Part shown: piece after piece, positions 48,429-58,517 of the stretch
How the letters are laid out: each line of letters starts with the position of its first letter
Numbering within the stretch: position 1 is the stretch's first letter
Assembly (NCBI GenBank): GCA_963706025.1
Contig: CAVPLM010000008.1
Coordinates: 128,001 to 192,000, forward strand
DNA from: an uncultured Actinomycetes bacterium
GTDB lineage: Bacteria; Actinomycetota; Thermoleophilia; RBG-16-64-13
Reading direction: 5' to 3'
DNA length: 64,000 nt
Notes under the pieces: generated by a model
What the model saw: only the letters and a program-made list of their open reading frames with translations
Database searches by the model: none
Told to the model about the DNA's origin: nothing
Position numbers and translations under genes: made by a program

Positions 48429-50006
48429 ATGAGCCCGCAGAGGCTCGTTGCCGCCATCGCCCTGGCGGCCATGCCCATCATGCTCTTCGCTTGGGTGGAA
48501 CTCGTTTCCGTCGAGCAACCGGAGAAGATCCAACCCGGCGCCACCTTCTCCGCGGTTGTGAATGCAGTCGGTCATGATCAGCCGCGGCCCTACCCTCTGG
48601 AGAAAGACGCGGCCGCGGTACCCACCGATGGGAAAACCTGGATACGGCTGGGAGTTCTGGTACCGGAGGACTGGGAGGTCCGGTCCGTCACTTACCGGTT
48701 GGACGGCGGGCAGAAGATCAGCCTCGGAGCTTCAGGGCCTGACGAGGAGCGGCAATACGAAACGCTCCAGCCTGCGCCGCCAGGCTATGCCTGGCAGGCA
48801 TTCGGGCCGGTCAAGGATGTTGTGTCGGAAGGCACAACCGTTGGCTTCTTCGCCCAGATCACCGCGGCCGAACGTACCGGGGTGTACCGGGTGGGCTACA
48901 TGACCTGGCAAGGACCCTGGTTCACACCTGTAAGGGGAGAGGGCGCACAGGCGCAGCTGCCGGACGGAGACACCATCGAGCCGTCGCCGAGCTATCTCGA
49001 GACTCAGATCACCGTGGGCGACGTGGGCCCGGCCCCTGAAGTGACCGCCTTCGATCCCCCGGATGGAGCTGCCGACGTTCCGGTGGATACCAACATCCGC
49101 ATCACCTTCGACCGTGACATGGACATCCAGTCCCTCCGCCAGGGCGGGGTGCAACTATACGGAGGGCCGATCTGGTTCATAGACGATCGACCGGGTTGGA
49201 AGGTGGACTCCACACTCGACCCTGACTGGATGCCCCCTCCGTGGCCCCCTTATCCGGTGCCCATCATGGTCTTCTACAACGCTGAGACCCGCACAGCGGT
49301 GATCGACCCGAACGACCCGCTACTTGGCGAGACGATCTACACGGTCGTCGTGACCAGGGAGGCCCGCGCCACAGACGGCGTGCCTGTGGAGGTACCGGTA
49401 TCCGCCGATTTCCTCACGGCCTCCGGACCGTGGATCCCGTTATTCGTGGACGTGCCTTTCGATCACATATTCCGCGAACCCATCGAGACCCTGGCCCGCC
49501 TGGGCATAGTCAGTGGATTCCCCGACCATACGTTCAGACCCTACGCACCCATCACGAGAGCGCAGCTGGCCACGATGCTCGTGCGCCTGCTTGGCGCCCA
49601 TACGCCGGAACCGGATCCGCGACCGGTCTACACGGACATAGGGGCGGTCTCCGATGAAACGGCCGATTTCATCGGCGAAGCCACGCGGGCCGGGATCGTG
49701 GAGGGATTCCCCGATGGGACGTTCCGGCCCGCCGACACCGTCACCCGCATCCAGTTGGTGAGGATGGTAGTGCGGGCAGCTCAGGACTGGCTGAGTCCGC
49801 CTCCGCCTGGGTATGACGCCGGGTTCGCCGATGTGTTGCCCCTCGACCTCTCCTTCGTCAACTGGGCGCACTACAACGATCTGGTCGACGGCAAGTCCCC
49901 GGGCCGGTTCGACCCGTGGTCAGAGGCCACACGGGGTCACGCCTCCCGCGTGCTCTACGGCGTGTGGCTCACCATGCCGCAGCCGCTGCCCCTCGAACGG
50001 GAGTAG
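48429..50006 (+). CDS. Secreted protein with Ig-like (Big_5-like) domain and C-terminal SLH module
   Basis: APEVTAFDPPDGAADVPVDTNIRITFDRDMD; FVDVP...GIVSGFPDHTFRP..PITRAQLA and a second GIVEGFPDGTFRP repeat. Confidence 0.88.
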   Translation: MSPQRLVAAIALAAMPIMLFAWVELVSVEQPEKIQPGATFSAVVNAVGHDQPRPYPLEKDAAAVPTDGKTWIRLGVLVPEDWEVRSVTYRLDGGQKISLGASGPDEERQYETLQPAPPGYAWQAFGPVKDVVSEGTTVGFFAQITAAERTGVYRVGYMTWQGPWFTPVRGEGAQAQLPDGDTIEPSPSYLETQITVGDVGPAPEVTAFDPPDGAADVPVDTNIRITFDRDMDIQSLRQGGVQLYGGPIWFIDDRPGWKVDSTLDPDWMPPPWPPYPVPIMVFYNAETRTAVIDPNDPLLGETIYTVVVTREARATDGVPVEVPVSADFLTASGPWIPLFVDVPFDHIFREPIETLARLGIVSGFPDHTFRPYAPITRAQLATMLVRLLGAHTPEPDPRPVYTDIGAVSDETADFIGEATRAGIVEGFPDGTFRPADTVTRIQLVRMVVRAAQDWLSPPPPGYDAGFADVLPLDLSFVNWAHYNDLVDGKSPGRFDPWSEATRGHASRVLYGVWLTMPQPLPLERE

Positions 50007-50056
50007 GCAGGAACAACAACGCGGGCGCCTCGATCGGCGCCGGCCGTTTGCGGACC

Positions 50057-51056
50057 TCATCCCCTCCCTGCCTCGTCAGGGAGGACCGGCTCTCCGTGGC
50101 CCTGATCCGCATCCGAGACTAGGTTCCCCTCCCCGTTTGCGAGTCCGCCCACGGGAACGGGAGCGGTGCTCTTCATGCCCCGGGCGAAGAGGATCGCCAT
50201 ACCCGATCAGAATGACGATCATCCCTACGACCTCGGGCGCGGTCGGTTGCTCCCCCAGCTGCGCCCAGGAGGCGAGCAGACCCACGACCGGGGTAGCCAT
50301 CGTCCCCAGACCGGCGATACCGGCCGGCAACTCCCGCAGTACGTAGAGCCAGATGAAGGACGCCACGCAGGTGGTCATGACCAGGGTGAAGACCAAGGAC
50401 CAGACAAACTCGCTCGTCCATTCCGGCGCATCGCTTTCGACGAAAACCGCGATCAACAGTAGCAGGATCGACCCATAGAAGGTCTGCCACCCAGTCAGCG
50501 ACAGCAGGTCGACTTCGTGGCGACGCCGCAGTATCTTGACCGCGATCGAACCCGCAGCCCAGCAAACGGCCCCGGCCAGAGCCAACAGGCCGCTTACTGC
50601 GTTCTCTAGGTTCCAAGGTTCGATTATCAGAACCAGACCGGCCAACGCCAACCCGACCGAGAGCCACTGCAACCCGTGGAGCTTCTCGTCGAGGATCGGC
50701 CAGGCCATCAGCAGGATCCAGAACTGCCAGGTGTTCGCTAGGAGGGCGGTGCGACCAGCCCCGCCGGCGACCAGGGCTGCAGCGGTAAGGCCCAAGAAAC
50801 CGCTGGTCTGAAGGACACCTATGAGCACGGTGAGTCTGATCGCCTTTGGCCGCACCGGACGGCGGAGGGCGGCGGCGAAACCCAGCAGCAGGAGACCGCC
50901 GGGAAGCGTACGCAAGGCCGCAAACGTGAAGGGCTCGCAATAGCCGACGCCGATCTTGAGAGGCACCCACGAGTAGCCCCAGATCAGCGCAAGAAGACCC
51001 AGCCCGACCACCGGCAGATAACGAGACGACCTCAATGAGCCCTCCCTTGCTTGCAT
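50057..51056 (-). CDS. EamA/DMT family transporter (frameshift near 50203)
   Basis: Ten-TM pattern, LIWGYSW, LGEQP; the final helix continues as MAILFARG... in another frame, ending at TGA 50057. Confidence 0.88.
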
Positions 51057-51144
51057 TCCGTCCGTGATTCTCTTCCCGCCATTCTAAGCATCAGGGGCGG
51101 ACTGTGACCGAAGGGAGATCGCGGGAGGCGCTCGCCTGGAGCCG

Positions 51145-51168
51145 CGCGAACGGCTTGGCCGTTCGCGA
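51145..51168. terminator. GC-rich hairpin downstream of the glcD-like gene
   Basis: CGCGAACGGC-ttg-GCCGTTCGCG stem. Confidence 0.5.
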
Positions 51169-51173
51169 GCTCC

Positions 51174-52593
51174 CTAGACGTCGACCGCGGCCGCCGCGGC
51201 CGGCGGGGCCGGCGCGCCCGGGCCTGGTAGTACCTTCCCCGGGTTGCAGAGACCCTGCGGATCGAAGGCCTCTTTGACGAAGCCCTGGGCCCGCAGATCG
51301 TTGTCGTCGAACACCAGATGCATGGCCTCGAGCTTCTCGATGCCGATGCCGTGCTCGCCGCTCACCGTCCCGCCGAGGTCGGCGCAGACCTGCAGGACCT
51401 CCATGCCGGCAGCCATCACCTTCTTCTTGTCTTCCTCGTTACGGCTGTCGAAGAGCAGAAGCGGATGCAGGTTGCCGTCGCCGGCATGGAAAACGCTCGC
51501 CACCTGCAGGTCGTACCGCCGCCCGATCTCAGCGACTCGGCGAAGCGCCTCCGGCAGCTCGGTCCGGGGCACGGTGCCATCTGCGACCAGGTAGTTCGGG
51601 GCGAGGCGGGAGATAGCTCCGAAGGCGCCCTTGCGCCCCTTCCAGAGCGCGGCCCTCTCCGCCTCGTCCCGGGCCACCCGCACGTCCTGCACGCCGTTGG
51701 CCCGGCAGATGGCCACGATCTGCTCGGCCGTCTCCTCCATGCCGTCGCTCAGTCCGTCGAGCTCGATGAGGAGCACCGCGGCGGCGTCCCGGGGAAAGCC
51801 GCAGGCCATAGCGTCCTCGATCGCGTTGATGGTGCTGTTGTCCATCATCTCAAGTGTGGCAGGGACCAGCCCGGCGGCCACGATGGCCGAGACCACCTGC
51901 CCTCCTTCTTCGAGCGAACCGCAGACGGCCAGCAGGGTCTTGACCGCCTCGGGTTTCTTGAGGATGCGCAGAAACGCAGCCGTGACTACCCCCAGGGTCC
52001 CTTCGCTACCCACGAAGACCCCGGTCAGATCGAGGCCGGGAAGGTCAGGACTCTTTCCTCCCAGCCAGACGACCTCGCCGTCGGAGCAGCACTACTTCGA
52101 TCCCGAGCACGTGGTTCGACGTCACCCCGTACTTGAAGCAGTGAGGCCCGCCCGCGTTCTCGGCGATGTTGCCGCCCAGGGAGCAGGCCTTCTGACTGGC
52201 GGGATCGGGGGCGTAGTAGTAGCCGAGGGGCGAGAGCGCAGTCGAGATGTCGAGGTTGAAGATGCCCGGCTGGACCAGCATGCGCTGGTTGGGAAGGTCG
52301 GTCTCGAGGATCTTGCTCATGCGGCCCATCTCCAGGACCACCGCGTCTTCGAGAGCGATGGCTCCCCCGCTGAGATTGGTGCCGCCGCCGCGCGGCACGA
52401 TCCGGACTCCTTCGCGGGCGAGCAGTTTGACCACCGCGGAGACTTCCGCCGTGGAATGCACGAACACCACAGCCAGGGGCAGAGACCGCTCCAGATACGC
52501 GTCGTATTCGTAGGTCTGAAGGTCGACCATCCTGTCGAGCACGTTCTCTCGCCCAACGATGGCCCGCAGTTCTTTCAGCAACGTTTCAGTCAC
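51174..52593 (-). CDS. glcD: FAD-linked oxidase, glycolate oxidase subunit GlcD-like (frameshift near 52087)
   Basis: PRGGGTNLSGG, PDPAS, ENAGGPHCFKYG in ORF 52045; GSEGTLG, HAGDGNLHP, GEHGIG, NPGK in ORF 51174. Confidence 0.85.
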
Positions 52594-52707
52594 TACCCCT
52601 GCTTCCCGTAACGCCGGCTCGCCTGCCTGCTATCTTAGCGAAGCTTGAACGAGGCTACGAGTGAAACAGCAGTTGGTCGCTGCTTACAGCCATTGAGGAG
52701 GCCAAGG

Positions 52708-53904
52708 ATGCCCGAGGGGCTGAACATCTACGATTATCGCGATCTCGACCCAGCGGTCCGCGTGCTGATGGGTCCCGGACCGAGCGACGTGCCCCCGCGG
52801 GTGCTGCGCGCCATGGCCGCGCCCACCCTGGGGCACCTGGACCCGGACTTCCTCGAGCTGATGACGGAGACCCAGACCCTGCTCAGGGCCGTGTTTCAGA
52901 CCGAGAACACGCTCACCATACCGGTATCGGGCACCGGCAGCGCCGGGATGGAAGCCTGTTTCGTCAATCTGGTGGAACCTGGGGACCAGGTGGCCGTGGT
53001 GGTCAACGGGGTGTTCGGCAGCCGCATGGTCGACTGCGCCGGCCGGCTGGGGGCGGAGGTCATCCCCGTCGAGGTAGAGTGGGGCCGGGCGGCCCAGCCC
53101 GAGGCAGTGGCGGAGGCCTTGAAAGGCAAGCGGCCCAAGATCGTAGCCGTCGTCCACGCCGAGACCTCCACCGGCGTGTGTCAGCCGCTGCCCGACATCG
53201 TGGCGATCGCCAAAGAGCATGGGGCCCTCATGATGTTGGACTGCGTCACCTCCCTGGGTGGGGTCGAGGTGGCCCTCGACGCCCGGGGGATAGACCTGGC
53301 TTTCAGCGGCACGCAGAAGTGCCTGTCCTGCCCCCCCGGACTGGCTCCACTTTCGTTCAACGACAAAGCGGTGGCGACGATGTTGGCGCGCAAGAACAAG
53401 GTGCCCTCCTGGTACCTCGATCTGACCATGGTGGGCGATTACTGGGGAGCACAACGGAAGTACCATCACACGGCGCCTGTCAACATGATCTACGCGTTGC
53501 GTGAGGCCCTGCGGATCATCCTGGAGGAAGGTCTGGAGGCGCGTTTCGCCCGGCATCGTCTCAATCACGAAGCTCTGGTCGCGGGCATCGAGGGCATGGG
53601 GCTCGAGATGCTGGTGCCCCCCGCGGAACGTCTGGCCTCTCTCAACTCCGTCTGTATCCCCGAGGGAGCCGACGACCTCGGCACCCGCCGGGCGCTCCTC
53701 GGGCAGTTCGGATTGGAGATCGGCGCGGGACTAGGTCCTCTGGCGGGGAAGGTCTGGCGCGTGGGACTGCAGGGTCACTCGGCGACCGAGCGCAACGTGC
53801 GGCTCTTCCTCACGGCTCTCGAGTCGGTCCTGAAGACTCAGGGGGTTGCCGTGAAACCTGGCGGTCCCGAGGCGGCCGAAGCGGTGTACGCGCGCTCGCG
53901 CTGA
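52708..53904 (+). CDS. Alanine/serine-glyoxylate aminotransferase (class V PLP)
   Basis: LMGPGPS, SGTGSAGME, VHAETSTG, DCVTSLGG, SGTQKCLSCPPG, YHHTAP. Confidence 0.93.
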   Translation: MPEGLNIYDYRDLDPAVRVLMGPGPSDVPPRVLRAMAAPTLGHLDPDFLELMTETQTLLRAVFQTENTLTIPVSGTGSAGMEACFVNLVEPGDQVAVVVNGVFGSRMVDCAGRLGAEVIPVEVEWGRAAQPEAVAEALKGKRPKIVAVVHAETSTGVCQPLPDIVAIAKEHGALMMLDCVTSLGGVEVALDARGIDLAFSGTQKCLSCPPGLAPLSFNDKAVATMLARKNKVPSWYLDLTMVGDYWGAQRKYHHTAPVNMIYALREALRIILEEGLEARFARHRLNHEALVAGIEGMGLEMLVPPAERLASLNSVCIPEGADDLGTRRALLGQFGLEIGAGLGPLAGKVWRVGLQGHSATERNVRLFLTALESVLKTQGVAVKPGGPEAAEAVYARSR

Positions 53905-54133
53905 AGGGGAGCCCGGTGGCCGCGGCAGCGCGGCCGAGGCGCCGGCCTCCGCGCCAAGGGCGGAGCTCCGCGGCGGCCGGGAGGCTTCTCCCCACATCTT
54001 GAGTATAGACCGATGGACGGGCTTCACGTGGGCGGGTGTTTTGAGGAGTCACAGGGCTACGTAGATGGGCTGAAGTGACGGAGCAGCGGCCTGGGCCCCA
54101 TCACGAACCGCTTCGGAAAGGAGTCTCTCCCCC

Positions 54134-54571
54134 ATGGCTACTCGAGCAATGATCGACGAGTTCCTCAGCCACCGCGAGCTAGCACTTGTGCGTTCTTCCC
54201 CAGCAACCCGCGTCCAAGGGGTAAAGATCGATGAGGAACTAGGCAAAAAGGGCTACAAGGTCTCCGTCGTCTATGTGGACGAGTCGGTGTCCGAGCCAAG
54301 ATTGAGCACGCTGAAAGACCCCGTCGAAGGCGTGATAGTCGCTACCCCCTCCAAGCAGAGCGAGAAGGCGGTCCAGGAAGCCATCGAAGCGAAGATCCCT
54401 CGCGTGTGGCTGCAAAGTGGGTGCAAATCGAAGGCGGCTATCGAACTAAGCGAGCGAGAAGGTACTTCCGTCGTTCACGGGGCGTGCGTTCTCATGTATG
54501 CAGAGCCCGTGCAGTCCTTCCACGCCTTTCATCGCTGGCTCTGGAAAACGTTCGGCAAGCTGGCAAAGTAG
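54134..54571 (+). CDS. CoA-binding domain protein (YccU-like, divergent)
   Basis: VEGVIVATP, RVWLQSG, GACVLMY, FHRWL pattern. Confidence 0.75.
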   Translation: MATRAMIDEFLSHRELALVRSSPATRVQGVKIDEELGKKGYKVSVVYVDESVSEPRLSTLKDPVEGVIVATPSKQSEKAVQEAIEAKIPRVWLQSGCKSKAAIELSEREGTSVVHGACVLMYAEPVQSFHAFHRWLWKTFGKLAK

Positions 54572-54756
54572 ATGTTGGCGAGCTTGCCGATGTTTACCGG
54601 TCCCGCGGTCCGGGGATTTGGCAGGGGCTGCCAATGCGCTGCTCACTCAGGAGATGTGGTCGGCTACGCTCTTGGATGGGGCCAAAGCGGATTCTGCTAG
54701 TCTGGTGCTGAGCACGCCCTCCGAAGGGTTGACGATTCGAGGCAGGAGGATGAACT

Positions 54757-55344
54757 GTGGAAGGCATCGTGCCACGCTGGGAATGGCGCACCTGGGGGAC
54801 CGACTTCGGGGAGGCTGACGCCCGGTTCGCCGCGCTGAAGCCCGAGATGGTCCAGGAGAGCGACGAGATCTACCTGGTCTCCTCGGTCACGGACAGAGCC
54901 GTGAAGATCCGCATGGGCCTGATGGACATCAAGTCCCTGGAACAGGTGAACGAGGCAGGCCTCGAGCAGTGGCGGCCCGTACTGAAGGCGAAACTGCCGC
55001 TTTCCCGGGAGGACGCCGAAGGCGTTCTTGCCGCGCTGGGAGCGTCCCTGCCGGCCCCGGGCAAGGATGACTACACGCTCGACGAGCTCCTGCTGGAACT
55101 TGCCGCCGGGAAGATGGACGTGCGCGCGGTCCCGCTTCACAAGGAGAGAGTTCACTATACCGTCGGTGGGTGCATGGCGGAGATGACCGAAGTGCTGGTC
55201 GTGGGCGAGCGGGCGCGCACCATCGCCATCGAGTCGACTGATGCCGACCGCGTGATCGCGGCGGTGCGCGATCTCGGTCTGTCCGGCCACCCGAACACGA
55301 GCTATCCGCGGTGGCTCAAGACCGCTATGGGCATCGGGACCTGA
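54757..55344 (+). CDS. Putative CYTH/triphosphate-tunnel-like protein
   Basis: N-terminal RWEWR, SDEIYL, VKIR...DIK, HKERVHY...AEMTEV, TIAIES: CYTH-like basic/acidic pattern. Confidence 0.6.
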   Translation: MEGIVPRWEWRTWGTDFGEADARFAALKPEMVQESDEIYLVSSVTDRAVKIRMGLMDIKSLEQVNEAGLEQWRPVLKAKLPLSREDAEGVLAALGASLPAPGKDDYTLDELLLELAAGKMDVRAVPLHKERVHYTVGGCMAEMTEVLVVGERARTIAIESTDADRVIAAVRDLGLSGHPNTSYPRWLKTAMGIGT

Positions 55345-55352
55345 TCCAGCGC

Positions 55353-56297
55353 ATGCCGGTCTACGCGGTCATAGATGTCGGGACCAATTCGGTCAAGTTC
55401 CACGTGGGGGAACGCCTTGGGGAGGGGCGATGGCGCACGATCGTCGACCGGTCGGCAGTGACGCGCCTCGGTGAGGGCCTTCGCGAGGGCGGCGAACTTG
55501 CACCGGCCGCGGTCGAGAGGACCGTCGAGGCCATCGCCGAGATGGCGGAGGAAGCGAAGGGGCACCACGCGTCTGCCACCGTCGCGGTTGGGACCATGGG
55601 CCTGCGGATCGCGCGGGATTCCCAGGCTTTCATCGCCGGCCTACGGGAACGGTGCGGCGTCCACCTGGAGGTCATTCCCGGCGAGGAAGAGGCGCGGCTC
55701 GCTTACATCGCCGTGGTGTCCGGGCTGGGTCTGGCCGCCGGCAGCCTCGTGATCTTCGACACAGGCGGCGGCAGCACGCAGTTCACGATCGGCCGAGGTG
55801 GGCTGGTCGACGACCGGTTCAGTCTCAACCTGGGCGCGGTCCGTCTCACCGAGCAGTTCGGGCTCGATGGCCCGGTGACCCGAGAGGATCTGGAGAAGGC
55901 GCTGGACGCCATCTCCGGCGAACTCGGACGGCTGGACCACATTCCCCGCCCCGACACGCTCGTCGGCATGGGTGGAGCCGTCACGAACATGACCGCGGTG
56001 ATGCGCGGCCTTGCGGTCTATGATCCCGAAGTGGTACAAGGCTCCGTACTCAGCCGCGATGAGGTCGATCGTCAGATCGAGCTCTACCGGTCCCAGGACA
56101 GCGAGGCCCGCCGCCGGATCGTCGGCCTGCAACCGCGCCGCGCCGAGGTGATCCTCGCCGGCGCGTGCGTAGTTCGGACTGTCATGGACAAGCTCGGTCG
56201 GGACACCCTCTCCGTGAGCGACCGCGGGCTCCGCCACGGTCTACTGATCGACCGCTTTGGGCAAGCGGGCTCCCTAGCACATCAGAAGCGCGAGTAG
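55353..56297 (+). CDS. ppx: Ppx/GppA family exopolyphosphatase
   Basis: AVIDVGTNS, TRLGEG, GEEEARL, DTGGGSTQ, GLRHG. Confidence 0.9.
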   Translation: MPVYAVIDVGTNSVKFHVGERLGEGRWRTIVDRSAVTRLGEGLREGGELAPAAVERTVEAIAEMAEEAKGHHASATVAVGTMGLRIARDSQAFIAGLRERCGVHLEVIPGEEEARLAYIAVVSGLGLAAGSLVIFDTGGGSTQFTIGRGGLVDDRFSLNLGAVRLTEQFGLDGPVTREDLEKALDAISGELGRLDHIPRPDTLVGMGGAVTNMTAVMRGLAVYDPEVVQGSVLSRDEVDRQIELYRSQDSEARRRIVGLQPRRAEVILAGACVVRTVMDKLGRDTLSVSDRGLRHGLLIDRFGQAGSLAHQKRE

Positions 56298-56311
56298 GAG
56301 GAACACACGTC

Positions 56312-57229
56312 ATGGCAAAGAAGACCGTCAATTCGAAGAAACCGGTCAAGTCGCCGAAAGCCGGCCCTGCGCCGAAGCCCGAGCTCGCGGAGCCGGTCTC
56401 ACAGGCGCCGCCCGCAGCCGCGCCGGGGACAGGACGCGGCAAGCCGGGAGCCAGGCTGACGCCCGAGCAACTCGCCGCCGTGCTCGAGCTCCTGCCGGCG
56501 TCGGACAGCGTCGAGCTGAAGGTGACGATCCCCGAAGAGGCCCATCGTTCGACGATAGCCGCGCTGGACATGGACCCCCTGTATGCACAGATCAGGCAGG
56601 TCTTCTTCTACGATACCCCCGAGCTCGCGCTCGACGGGGCAGGGGTGGTCGTGCGGTCTCGCCGGATCCAGGGGAAGGGAGGAGACTCGGTGGTGAAGCT
56701 GCGGCCGGTCGTGCCGCAGGAGCTCTCCTCCGACCTTCGCCATTCGCCTGCGTTCGTCGTCGAGGTGGATGCCATGCCAGGTGGGTTCGTCTGCTCGGGA
56801 ACCCTCAAGAACCGCGTGGATGCCGACGACGTGAGACGGGTCGCTGCCGGCCGGCTCCCATTGCGCAAGCTTTTCACAAAACAGCAGCGCGCCCTCGTCG
56901 CCGAGCACGCACCCGAGGGCGTCGAGCTGGACGCGCTGTCGCTGCTGGGGCCGATCTTCGTCCTCAAGCTGCCCTTCACCCCCACAGATCTCAAGCGCCG
57001 ACTCGTCGCGGAGATGTGGCTTTACCCGGACGGCAGCCGGATACTCGAACTCTCGACCAAATGCCTTCCGTCTGAAATCATCCCGGTTCTCGCCGAGACG
57101 CGACGCTTCCTGGACGACCGAGGGATCGACCGCAGCGGCGACCAGCAGGCGAAGACCAAGCGCGCGCTGACCTTCTTCGCGAAGGAGCTCAAAGCGACTC
57201 AGAGCGCCCAGGCCGATCCCACGCCTTAA
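56312..57229 (+). CDS. CYTH-like protein with Lys/Pro-rich N-terminal extension
   Basis: SVELK, RQVFFYDTPELAL...VVVRSR, VVKLRP, AEMW...ILELSTK, QAKTKRAL. Confidence 0.75.
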   Translation: MAKKTVNSKKPVKSPKAGPAPKPELAEPVSQAPPAAAPGTGRGKPGARLTPEQLAAVLELLPASDSVELKVTIPEEAHRSTIAALDMDPLYAQIRQVFFYDTPELALDGAGVVVRSRRIQGKGGDSVVKLRPVVPQELSSDLRHSPAFVVEVDAMPGGFVCSGTLKNRVDADDVRRVAAGRLPLRKLFTKQQRALVAEHAPEGVELDALSLLGPIFVLKLPFTPTDLKRRLVAEMWLYPDGSRILELSTKCLPSEIIPVLAETRRFLDDRGIDRSGDQQAKTKRALTFFAKELKATQSAQADPTP

Positions 57230-57334
57230 GAACTCGTTTCAGAATGAAGTCTTGGCCGCCTCGTCCGCGCTGGCCGGAGCGATCTATCGTCCTCAGCCGT
57301 CCCGGGCCCACCGCGGGCGGGGGTCGACGACCAG

Positions 57335-58171
57335 CTAGGCGCTCTCCTGCGCCGCCGCTTGATAGAGGCGCCTGATCTCCTGGATGTCCACCGAAGGCGG
57401 GGGGAACTGCATAGCCAACGATTCGAGCGTCCTCACGAGGACGCGCGATATGGCCAGGTTGCGGAACCACTTGTGGTTCGCGGGGATGACGTACCACGGA
57501 GCGTATTCGGTGCTACACCTGGAGATGGCGTCCTCATACGCCTTCTGGTACTCGTCCCAGAGCTCCCGCTCCGTGTAATCGGATTCGGCGATCTTCCAGT
57601 GCTTCGTGGAATCCTCGAGGCGGTCTTTGAACCGCCTGAGTTGCTCTTTCTTGTCGACATGCAGGAAGAACTTGACTATGTGTGTGCCGTTGTCTGACAG
57701 ATGTTTTTCGAAAGCATTGATCTCGTCGTAGCGCTTGGACCAGACTCCCCTTGGCACGAGACCATGCACACGGACCACGAGCACGTCCTCATAGTGCGAG
57801 CGGTTGAAGACTACGACCCGTCCCTTGGCGGGCGTGACCTTATGGACCCGCCACAGGTAATCGTGAGCCATCTCCTCGGCCGACGGGACCTTGAAAGGTT
57901 GGACTGTGACTCCCTGCGGGTTCATGGAGGAGATCACGTGGTTGACCGTTCCGTCCTTGCCTCCTGCATCCATCGCCTGCAGCACGATCAACAGCGACCG
58001 CCTGCACTCCGCATACATGAGTTCCTGAAGCTCGGCCAGCCGCACGCAGAGGCTCTCCACTTCTTCCTGCGCGCTGGCTTTGTCCTTGTCGTCGGCGGTG
58101 GAGGAAGCGTCCATCTGGCTCAGCTTCACCTCGCTCCCCGGCTTCACTCGAAACATGTCGGGGTATTTCAC
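57335..58171 (-). CDS. ppk2: Polyphosphate kinase 2 (probably class III)
   Basis: Walker A QAMDAGGKDG, FNRSHYEDV, KFFLH, PWYVIPANHKWFR. Confidence 0.93.
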   Translation of the reverse strand: MKYPDMFRVKPGSEVKLSQMDASSTADDKDKASAQEEVESLCVRLAELQELMYAECRRSLLIVLQAMDAGGKDGTVNHVISSMNPQGVTVQPFKVPSAEEMAHDYLWRVHKVTPAKGRVVVFNRSHYEDVLVVRVHGLVPRGVWSKRYDEINAFEKHLSDNGTHIVKFFLHVDKKEQLRRFKDRLEDSTKHWKIAESDYTERELWDEYQKAYEDAISRCSTEYAPWYVIPANHKWFRNLAISRVLVRTLESLAMQFPPPSVDIQEIRRLYQAAAQESA

Positions 58172-58217
58172 GGATGGTCCTTTCCCAGTCGGTCAGTGGA
58201 CTTCGCCGCGCGCGGAA

Positions 58218-58517
58218 CTAGTCGTCTTCCCGGGTCTCGACCTCCGGGGAGGACGGCGCGTCAGCAGCGATCTCAGCGGCGGGGGCGGACTCGGTCGCGA
58301 TAGGATCGCCCGACTCGGTGACCACCTCGGCGGCGCGGGAGGGAGCGTCAGGGGCGTCCCCCGCCGACTCTCCGGTCTGGTCCGCCGTCTTGGCTTTCTT
58401 CGCCGTCTTCGCTTCCTTGGCTGCCTCCTCCAGCTTGGCCAGGCGTCCGTCCAACTTCTTGACCTTCTTCTCGAGCTTCTCAACGCGCTTCTCGACATCC
58501 TTGCACTTGGTGCCCAT
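58218..58517 (-). CDS. Small protein with Lys-rich coiled coil and acidic tail
   Basis: AAGGAG RBS; KDVEKRVEKLEKKVKKLDGRLAKLE heptads; low-complexity acidic C-terminus. Confidence 0.7.
   Translation of the reverse strand: MGTKCKDVEKRVEKLEKKVKKLDGRLAKLEEAAKEAKTAKKAKTADQTGESAGDAPDAPSRAAEVVTESGDPIATESAPAAEIAADAPSSPEVETREDD

Noticed and set aside
48229-48432. Lys-rich ORF containing the A14 run as a phase-variable gene
   Set aside because: It lies in the degraded IS end, has no RBS, and the sequence quality there is suspect.
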